Assembly (NCBI GenBank): GCA_002189035.1
Contig: NEEC01000312.1
Coordinates: 1 to 18,958, forward strand
Length of the DNA: 18,958 nt
Reading direction: 5' to 3'
Source: Utricularia gibba
Lineage: Eukaryota; Plantae; Magnoliophyta
The first letter of the stretch is position 1. The number at the start of each line of letters is the position of its first letter. A program made the position numbers and the translations under genes. Under the pieces are notes generated by a model that did not search any database, had not been told where the DNA came from, and was given only the letters and a program-made list of their open reading frames with translations. Shown here piece after piece: positions 10,368-18,958 of the stretch.

Positions 10368-11265
10368 ATCTTCAACTTGAAGAAGAGAAAGCAAACACAT
10401 CATGTAGTGTTCCTTAAATCACATGCAACTTGTCTTTATCAAATGTGATATACTTCCACTAGGTTTTTCGAGATGGCAGTCCCCTACTGACAAAACGAGA
10501 AAATCACATTTTCTTAATGGGACAGTGTCCCATTTCATTCATCTCCACCTTGACTGTAGCCAAAAAGCTTTAATGAATGAAACAGGTAGTCATCTCATGC
10601 CAATTGTATCTCTCATACAACCATTGTATCATTGAGCCATCAACTCTTGATGTAAAAAACTATTTACCTCAACCTTTCTTCCAATTTTGCCAACCTTGGC
10701 TTTAGTCTGAATCTAATTCAGTTAATAAGTTGATAAAATCAGTTAAGAAAACCCACTCTGAATCTAATTCAATAATTCAAACATGTCATGTGTAGTGGAG
10801 AGCTTGACGGTAGCCAACAACTCTATGCACTAAAAATGTCTTTCGTTCTCCTTATGTCAGTGGAAGGAATAAGCTTAATTATTTAGTAGGGGATTTTTCC
10901 ATAGGCAACACTTGCACCATGGATATCGATATCCTATCACATAGGAATCATGACATCCATTGCCCTTTCGTGCATAACGCATCATATCCCTTTATTTTCA
11001 CACATAATGAACGAAAATCCTAATTGACCCTAGATGCCTTGGTCACAAATAAATTATTAAACATCATATGCATCAATAATTCACCAATATGATCATCATC
11101 ATCCAAATTCGTGCAGAGGCCATCATGCCCCACGACTACACACATATAAGTCATCATCATGCTGCGCATTTAGATGTAAGATATAATTCTCGAAAGCATC
11201 AATCACGAATGAAATTTCGTGCATCCTAAGGCAGCAAAACAATCCAACATAATCAGATTTCGTGC

Positions 11266-11453
11266 ATCACATGCTATTATGATGATCGCCGGCAAGGCTA
11301 CATACGACAACATCTCGCAATCACATGCTATAACAATAATCGCTAGCAAGGCAACATACGAGAGCATCTCGCAAATCAGCAAAGATTTTAACGTATCACT
11401 GGCAAGGCAACATACTAGAACATCTCGCAAAATCAAAAAAGATTCTAGCGTAT
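11266..11453. repeat. About 3 copies of a 54-56 bp unit in the copia 5' UTR
   Basis: Core gcaaggc(t/a)acatac....catctcgcaa starts near 11291, 11345 and 11401. Confidence 0.85.
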
Positions 11454-11470
11454 ACAAGTATTCCGTAAGC

Positions 11471-11484
11471 TGGCTCCGATACCA
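11471..11484 (-). promoter_or_regulatory. Primer binding site (tRNA-iMet, one mismatch)
   Basis: The minus strand reads TGGTATCGGAGCCA. Confidence 0.9.
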
Positions 11485-11485
11485 C

Positions 11486-12827
11486 TTTTGGGTTTCTCGT
11501 AGACATCATATGTCATGAAAGCAGCGGAATTTTCAAAATTTTAAGAAACGCCAATCGTAGATCTTGGAATACGGTATACATCAGAAAAAGGGATGCTGAA
11601 ATTACCTTTCAAAGGACTCCGTTGTTCACCAACCCCCAATAGCAGACGGTCTCTATGGTATCCACACATGGAGCGCTCCATCGATAACCTTCTCAAGACT
11701 ATTGAATGCTGGTCGAATTCCTCAGGTGCTAGTCGAGCAAAACGGCCCCTTGTGGATCAATCTCAGAGAGCACGAAGACCTAGAAGCTAATCTGTAGATT
11801 TAAATCTTTTGATAGATATTTGGTAACATATAAAATCAAATCTCCGTAAAGATCTCATCTTCTGGAGATATATATATGTTCCAAATCTTATCTATATGAG
11901 ATCTTTTACTTTGAGTTTAATCAATATTAATCTCAAAATAACTCTCTAATTAATCCACTTTACCAATTACATCTCATGTAATTGTGTCATTCTATTTTAT
12001 ATCGTTGAGTGACTCCACTATTGTGTGTGACCCTATAGGCTTCTTCAATCAAGGCCATAATAATGGATTTATTAATTAACTCTTAATTAATCAAATCCAT
12101 CATTATCGATCATGAGTGATGTCTAGCAACATATCATGATCCTCTAGATGTAAGAATAATCAGGTGAACTGATTGAGCCTTTCCATGACCAGCCACCATG
12201 CAATGAACAGCTTTCATCATACTTATATCTCATTCGATACTAGAATATGGGTGTGTGTCTTTCTGATGTATCGAATTTATAATTGCATTCAAGCACTAAC
12301 ACTCAATGACCTACTCAAAAATTTCGAGTGTCGTTATCTTGGCCCAGGACTTACTGTTAGGCTTTGATGCAATTACTTGAGATATGATCTCATCGCTAAC
12401 ATGAGTGATGAATCCTTTATTGATCAATCAACAATCTCCAACCTTAAGGAGTCACATCCCTACTCATCCATATTAGGCAAGCCAAGGTTAGGCTCCCATT
12501 AGTAATGAGCGAAAATGTGAGCTTAAGACCAAGATAACTTTGTTGACCTCAAGTCTAAGCTTAATTGCACGGCTGTCATATTCGAGATCTTGCTACTTAC
12601 ATTTGGTTAGCTTCCCATAATAGTATCTCGAAGATGAGTGATTGTGTGAATCGATTCTGTAATTGACACCCACACATAGGTTCTAGTAATCTCATTGCAT
12701 CAATTGTGTGAACCATTGCCTAAATAGTTTAGGGAACTCAATGTGTGCCAACTTATCCGTATTTGTGATATCCTCATTTCACAAATACTCTAGTCAGGGA
12801 GTTTTTTAGCTTGAACATAAATGCTTG
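11486..12827 (-). mobile_element. Copia 5' LTR missing its first ~150 bp
   Basis: 12444-12827 is homologous to 17114-17495. It ends next to the PBS, with the terminal CA apparently mutated. Confidence 0.75.
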
Positions 12828-13335
12828 TCACTAAAATAAGCAAGTGGACGTCCATTTTGCATCAATACAGCACCAATGCCTAAACCTGATGCATCACATT
12901 CAATTTCAAAAGTGCTAGGAGAGGTGTTGAGCAAAGCTTATCCTTGAGTTGCAGGAAGGCATGTTCCTGCTCGTCTCCCCAATGAAATGGGTAATTTTTC
13001 TTGATCAATTGAGTGAGGGGTGCTGCTATAGAGCTGAAATTCTTAACAAACCGTCTATAGAAACTCGCTAAGCCATCGAAACTCCTAACTTCACCAACTG
13101 ATGTAGGTGTTGGTCATTCCCTAATTGCTCACTTTCTCTTCATCCACATCTACTCCTGCATCACTTACAACATGTTCAAGAAAAGAGACACAATTCGTGC
13201 AAAAGACACACTTCTTGATGTTAGCAAACAAATTCTCTTTTCGAAGAGTATCTAACACATCCTTCAAATGCCCTCCATGTTCCTCAAGTCCCTTGCTATA
13301 GATTAGAATATAATCAAAATAAACAACTACGAATC
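12828..13335 (-). pseudogene. Ty3/gypsy (CRM-like) RT-RNaseH fragment
   Basis: FVVVYFDYILIYSK (YFDD catalytic motif mutated), [43 protein letters not shown], with frameshifts. Confidence 0.92.
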
Positions 13336-13518
13336 TATTGGTGTATGTGTTATAGAGACAATCAATTCATTGGCAAATCTTATCCTTTGATGTTTACCTT
13401 GAATTGTGATCAAGTTTACATCACTGATAAAATCCTCTACTTGATCTACGTGCTATAGAAATTATGATGAGATCATAATGTGAGATTCTTCAAGGACTTA
13501 TGCTCAAGTTCAAAAACT
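13336..13518 (+). mobile_element. Copia LTR 5'-terminal fragment
   Basis: Homologous to 1799-1980. The terminus reads TATTGG instead of TGTTAG. Confidence 0.85.
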
Positions 13519-14333
13519 GCCATGCTTTTCTACGCATTAACATCCATGCGCACCTCCTCTCTTCTCTCCACTGCTGGACAGATCTCGCTAGCTTTACTGT
13601 TATGTGGAAGTGTTTCGGACTTCTTAACGATTGGACAGGTGAATGAGATCGGTTGCCTATTGTTGCTCCCGTTTAAATACATGAGGATGTGTGGAGATTA
13701 GACAAGCACTGATGTGCAAGTCCAAAGCACCATAAAGTCCATCCCATGGCCTCTAAACAAGTACTTCACCATTCATGTATCGTCAAACGATACCAAGGGG
13801 TACACCTTGAGCAACGACATGGGTTATAACAGTAACAAGATCCCACACTGCTTAGTGTATCTTGTTGCTTTCTCTCGTGATGTTCCATGGTATCATGGTG
13901 AGACGTTCGAAGAGGAGTTACAAGTTCACTCCATGGTGGATCATGGTGCACCATTGTGACTTTTTTGAGGGTGTTATGTGGTGCAACAAACTCAGCCAAC
14001 AACTAATGAATATTACAATGTGACCATGGAGCCTCCATGTACTTTACCAACCTCCAACAACGTGCGATGGAAACATTAAAAATGTTGAATTCATTCTATG
14101 GAGCAGGTACGGTGTGGATGTGCTATCCAGCCTTTAGATGACTCCCATCCTGATCTCCAGAATGTTTGGATACAAAAATGAGCATGGTACCATACGTTTG
14201 GGAGGAAAAAAACTTCAACCATGCAGTTTACAAGATACCATCCTTAACAAAAATACGTTGCGAGCCACGTAAGCTATTATTGTGTGGACATGATTCAATG
14301 AGAAGTGAGTCATAGAGCGCTGAAGAACATATT
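13512..14333 (+). repeat. Repeat X segment 4
   Basis: Collinear with ~915-1737. One + frame is largely open for ~270 codons. Ends at a CRM LTR terminus. Confidence 0.9.
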
Positions 14334-15088
14334 TGATACGACCCTCCAATTAACAAGTGATTGGCAAACCATATCTTGGTTAAAAAGAAGCAATCCCTCA
14401 CGTAAAAGAAGCTGGCCCTCAAGGATTGAAAGATCCTTGCAACCTAAACTATAAAATGGTACCACACTCACAGAATCAAAGAAGGAATTGGGAGTGATAA
14501 ACCACACACTAGACACCACAAGCAAGGCTTGATAAGTCTAAGTTCTACAAGAACTCAAGGAAGGAGAATTGCTCTCAAAAGTGATTACCATCAAAGTTGT
14601 TCTAAACAAGAGTAAGGCCCTTCTTATATAGATGTAGGATTGGGCCTTCTTAGAAGAAAAGTAGTAATAATAATGTATATGGGCATAATGGGCCTTCTCT
14701 AATCAAGTTGATCCACTTTGAGAAGGTTGAATTCTATGCCAAACATCTCAGGTCGCGATTGGTTGCTTGGTTTAGGTGGGTTGCGGTGTGGGTTAAAGGA
14801 TAAACCCGCATTTGATACGTGGGTTTCAGGCAGGAAAAAATAAACCCGCTTGCTGCCCATAAACCCGGCAGGAACCCGCCAAGCTGGGTTTAGCTAAACC
14901 CAGGGGGGAGGGGGGTCAACTTAGCTAAACCCAGCTCGGCGCTTCCAATTTTGCCTTCACGTGAACCACATTTGAACGCAAATCTATCATAAACCAGATG
15001 AACAAATTTGAAGCTGATTTATTCAGATCTGTAACAATTTTTTTCAGATTTGTAACAGATTTGTTTAGATCTGTTCAAATCTGTTGGA

Positions 15089-15210
15089 GAAGAAGAAGAA
15101 GAAAAGGAAGAAGAAGAAGAAGAAAAGTAAGAAGAAGTGGAAGAAGAAGAAGAAGAAGAAGAAGAAGAAGAAAATAAAGAAGAAAAAGATAAAGAGAAAG
15201 AAAGATGAAA
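15089..15210 (+). repeat. Interrupted (GAA)n microsatellite / purine tract
   Basis: Read directly from the sequence. Confidence 0.95.
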
Positions 15211-15252
15211 GTACTAACATGTCTAATATTGTAGGTTTTCATTTTTGGTGCT

Positions 15253-15380
15253 AAATGTGATTTGTCGTTTTGAAGACGAGCACTACGTCTATTATTATCC
15301 GGTGCTTGTTGTAAAATGTAAATTTTTCGTTTTGAAGATGTGCACCGCCTCTATTATTACTCAGTGCTTGTTATAAAATA
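15253..15380 (+). repeat. Two diverged 62-bp tandem units inside the MITE
   Basis: cgttttgaaga at 15266 and 15328, each followed by ctattatta..gtgcttgtt. Confidence 0.85.
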
Positions 15381-15842
15381 TAGTTTCAACTAAGCACCAT
15401 GATTTATGCTATGCGGTCCTCAATTGAACTTATAAAATGATATAGAAAAATTAAATATGTGATAATTTACTTTAATTAACTAAAGGCTATATTGGTAATT
15501 TCATATAAAAATCATCACAAACCCAATTTTATACCCACGTGCCAAACGTGTATTAGTTTTAAACCCAAATAATCTACACCCATCAACTAAACACGAATTG
15601 AACCCTTTAAACCCATAAAACCAGGTTATCAAAACCCAAATAAACTAAACTTGGGTTTAGGCCAAACCCAGCAACCAAATGTGCCCTCATATCTTTGTTG
15701 ATTGGCCCATAGGCCCTTAAGCATCTCTTGATTCTTTCTTGCTATTGATCTAATGATTGGCCCAACTGAAATAAATAGAGTATTATTGATCTTGTGTTCT
15801 TTATCTTCATTGGGATAATCTCTTGCATCCATGATCTCATCA

Positions 15843-17105
15843 TCCCCCTCTTCTTTTAGAAGATTCATCCTTGAATCATCACCATCTACATCACAAGGAA
15901 CCAAGTCAGCAATATTGAACGTAGAGTGCACTGAAAACTCACTTGGAAGACCAATCTTATAAGCATTGTCATTGATTTTTCTCAATGACTTGAAATGGTC
16001 CATCTCCTCTTGGTGAAAGCTTTGAATGTCTCTTGCTTGGAAATCTTTCCTTTCGAAAATGTACCCAAACCCAATCTCCTAGTTGTAGAGTAACTCTCTT
16101 CCTATGTTTATTTTCTTTAGCTGCATACTCCTTGTTTTTGGCTTCCAATTGATTTCGAACCTTCTCATGTAGTGTTTTGATGGCATCTGCTCTCTTAGCA
16201 CCATCAAAACTACGAAATTCATATATGTCAAGGGCAATAAGTCTATAGGAGCATGAGGATTAAAACCATACACAATTTCAAAGAAGAACAACATGTAGAA
16301 GAATGTACTGCTCTATTATATACAAACTCAACATGAGGTAAGCAATCTTCCCATGTTCTAATGTTCCTTTTGATGATGGCTCGAAGTAAGGTAGCTAGGG
16401 TTCGGTTTGTTACCTCGATTTTTCCATCAGTTTGGGGATGACAAGTAGTAGAGAAAAGAAGTTTTGTTTCCAACTTACTCCAAAGTGTGTGCTAAAAGTG
16501 GGTGAGAAACTGTGTCACGATCACTTACAATGGTAAGTGGCATGCCATGAAGTCTAACAATCTCCTTAAAGAATAAATTGGCAACATGTCAAGCATCATC
16601 AGTCTTGTGACAAGGGATGAAATGTGCCATCTTGGAGAACCAGTCCACGACTACAAATATTGAATCCTTTACCTTTTGAGTCCTTGGTAATCCTAAAACA
16701 AAATCCATAAAAAGGTCAATCCAAGGGTAAAGAGGAGTAGGAAGAGGAGTGTACAATCCTTAAGAAGTTGATTTTGATTTGGCTTTCTTGCACACCAAAC
16801 ATCTTCCACAGATTCTTTCCACATCTTTTCTCATGTGTGGCCAATAGAAGTGTTGTTGAAGCATGTCCAACGTCTTGTGACCCCAAAATGCCCATTAGAC
16901 CACCACTATGAGCCTCTTTCACTAAAAACTCACGAATTGAACATTGAGGAATGCATAATCTATTCTTCTTGAAAAGGAAATCATCTTGCCTATGGAAGTT
17001 TCAAGAGGTTTATGTTCACATGAAAGATAAATATCTTTAAAATCATGTTCAAGACTGTAAAATTCTTTTATCGTTGTCAATCCAAGAATTTGAGCATCAA
17101 GAGTA
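15843..17105 (-). pseudogene. CRM integrase, frameshifted
   Basis: [22 protein letters not shown] (HHCC region), [46 protein letters not shown]. The frame runs into the LTR with GPIIRSIARK. Confidence 0.92.
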
Positions 17106-17113
17106 GCTTATTT

Positions 17114-17650
17114 TTAAGGAGTCACATCCCTACTCATCCATACTAGGCAAGCCATGGTTAGGCTCCCATTATTAATGAGCGAAAATGTGAGCTTAAGATC
17201 AAGATAACTTTGTTAACATCAAGTCTAAGATTACTTGCACGGCTGTCATAATCGAGATCTTGCTACTGACACTTGGTTAGCTTCTCATAGTAGTATCTCG
17301 AAGATGAGTCATCTAGTGAATCGATTCTCTAATCGACACCCACACATAGGTTCTAGTAATCTCATTACGTCAATTGTGAGAACCATTGCCTAAACAGTTT
17401 AGGGAACTCAATGTGTGCCAACTTATCCGTATTTGTGATATCCTCATTTCACAAATACTCTAGCCAGGGAGTTTTAACTTGATCATGAGTGCTTGAAGAA
17501 TCTCACATTATGATCTCATCATAATTTCTATAGCACATAGATCAAGTAGAGGATTTTAACAATGATATAAATTTGATCACAATTCAAAGTAAATATCAAA
17601 AGATAACATTTTCCAATGAGTTGATTGTCTCTAGAACACATACACTAACA
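17114..17650 (-). mobile_element. Copia 3' LTR, first ~540 bp
   Basis: Starts TGTTAGT immediately after the PPT. Homologous to 1-247, 1799-2057, 12444-12827 and 13336-13518. Confidence 0.88.
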
Positions 17651-17725
17651 ATCTCCCACTTGCATTAGAGCGAATCATTGATGTATCTTATACCAATGGA
17701 CTCTATGTACTCCATTGACGTCCTA
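17651..17725 (-). pseudogene. Copia RNaseH tail and PPT
   Basis: EYIESIGIRYINDSL* followed by AAGTGGGAGAT and then the LTR TG. Confidence 0.7.
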
Positions 17726-17970
17726 GTTCCATTGTGAATGGGTAGTCTTGCTTAAAACTTTTCTAAGTGACTGCACCTCCATTTAGGTGAATAATTATCT
17801 TGATTGAGACGTCAAGTCAAATGAGATCGGAAATATATTATCCCATTTGGAGATCTTGACTACCATAAATCAGGAAAATGACTTTAGTCCTTCTCAAGTA
17901 CTAACACTAGCAAGGAAGAACATTAATCTCATGACTATGAAGACTTTCTCAAGTTGGGAGATCTCGGTCT

Positions 17971-18286
17971 GGGGAGGGGGGGGGTGGAGTGTTGGAGATC
18001 CGCCTCAATACAAAGGATGAAGTTGATTGGAAGCACTAATCTTGTGTCATAAAGTCATGTTTTAGTTAAAAAGTGTTGCATTCGAGTTGTTGGGCTTTTT
18101 TGTGTTTTTAATGATTGTGACCCACTGTTGGGTAACCTAGGTATTGGGCATATATAAACCCTACTAGGAACATGCGTGAATCAGGTTTTCGGTCATTCTT
18201 ATTGTTCATGAGTTCTTCATCATCCAAAGTGATCTCATATGAATTATCCCTTTGTTCCATCCCAAGACTCTATCTTTCTAGCATCA
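17971..18286 (+). mobile_element. Possible PPT plus short (~297 bp) LTR of another family
   Basis: G-rich tract at 17971-17989, then TGTTGGAG at 17990, TATATAAA near 18150, and CATCA ending at 18286 next to repeat X. No second copy or TSD is visible. Confidence 0.4.
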
Positions 18287-18958
18287 ATAGTAGGTATGGT
18301 GTGGATGTGCTATTTAGCCTTTAGATGACTCCCACCCTGATCTGCAAAATTTCGAACACTTAAGTGGGCATGCGACTATAAGTTTGAGAGGAAAAAACCT
18401 TCAACCATGCAGTTTAGAGGATACCTTCCTAAACCAAAATACGTTGCGAGCCATGTAACCGATTGTGTTGACATCATTCACGAGAAGTGAGTCATAGAGC
18501 ATTGAAGAATATATCGATTGTGCATCTAGAGTGTCACGAATCCTAACCCCAAGCTCATAACTCGACCACTGACCACTTGTCCTTCGAATCATTGTGGCTC
18601 ATGGATTAGATGGGCACTTTCCCTTACGAATTCGACCCTGATGGCATCGACTCCTGATGCATAACTCGATTTTCGCACTCGGCTTTGCAAAGAAGAGGGT
18701 AGCGTTCCTCGTAATCCATCCTGCTCAACCTCCAAACCTTTTCCTTCAAACGAGTCTACAAATACCCCGCATAGCTCCCACACCCCACATTCGTTTCGTT
18801 ATATTGGAAAGCACAACTTGACCCTTAGGTATTGGTATTGTGTAGCAATTAGATCACGCCTTGCAACATGCATACTACATCACTTGTGCCACTCCAATTG
18901 CTGTCCTTAGGATGCCTTTTACTCCGACAGTACACAAAGATAGAGACATCATTTTGGT
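18287..18958 (+). repeat. Repeat X segment 5 (most divergent, least deleted)
   Basis: Collinear with 1500-1798 and 258-690, and carries ~128 bp (18706-18833) absent from segments 1 and 2. Confidence 0.88.

Larger units (their letters stand above)
9830..12827 (-). mobile_element. Truncated Ty1/copia (Angela-like) element: 5' LTR, PBS, long UTR, gag
   Basis: LTR ~11486-12827, PBS at 11471-11484, gag at 10367-9830. The clade call rests on the long LTR/UTR, the gag sequence and the AAGTGGGAGAT PPT of the related LTR at 17651. Confidence 0.85.
14751..15686. mobile_element. Non-autonomous PIF/Harbinger (Tourist-like) element, 936 bp
   Basis: Imperfect TIRs GGTCGCGATTGGTTGCTTGGTTT / GGGCACATTTGGTTGCTGGGTTT (18/23). 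3-bp TSD TCA at 14748-14750 and 15687-15689. No transposase ORF. Confidence 0.8.
14334..15842 (-). mobile_element. CRM 3' LTR (~570 bp) interrupted by a DNA transposon
   Basis: Homologous to 7402-7970 once 14751-15689 is removed. PPT at 15843-15855. Confidence 0.9.

Noticed and set aside
10191-10448. + strand ORFs over the copia gag and UTR
   Set aside because: Antisense to a clear gag, or short ORFs in leader sequence.
11266-11453. CRISPR-like repeat-spacer appearance
   Set aside because: Plant retroelement context, only three degenerate units, spacers are related to each other, and there are no cas genes.
12828-13335. Initially considered a DNA-transposon (CACTA) fragment
   Set aside because: Translation shows gypsy RT/RNaseH motifs.
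14760-15680. Interstitial telomere array
   Set aside because: AAACCC motifs are scattered inside a TIR element, with no tandem (CCCTAAA)n run.
18589-18783. LRR-like GLRGTLPSSLQS on the - strand, and IAHP/IAHI near 18300 suggesting an NLR/RLK
   Set aside because: Isolated matches with no LRR periodicity. An agg/cgg difference between copies is silent only in the + frame.

Overview
Plant (dicot-like, AT-rich) heterochromatic window with no intact gene. The backbone is about 6 kb of an unnamed repeat, here called repeat X. It has a ~1.4-1.5 kb monomer, occurs in 6 segments that are all on the + strand, and wraps head-to-tail at 258/1623 and 2068/3518. It looks like a heavily decayed ORF, most plausibly a FAR1/FHY3-type Mutator (MULE) transposase, although this is a by-eye motif call. 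The array is interrupted by centromeric-clade (CRM) Ty3/gypsy elements (an internally deleted element at 3943-7970, a solo LTR at 9109-9702, an RT-RNaseH piece at 12828-13335 and an integrase+LTR piece at 14334-17105) and by pieces of an Angela-like Ty1/copia element (gag+5' LTR at 9830-12827 plus four LTR fragments). A 350-bp solo LTR with a perfect 5-bp TSD sits in the CRM pol, and a 936-bp Tourist/PIF-like element with a 3-bp TSD sits in a CRM LTR. Many non-terminal junctions show microhomology or templated filler. The most interesting hypothesis is that a transposase-gene-derived long-monomer tandem repeat is acting as a (peri)centromeric target for CRM elements. All coordinates and identities were estimated by eye.
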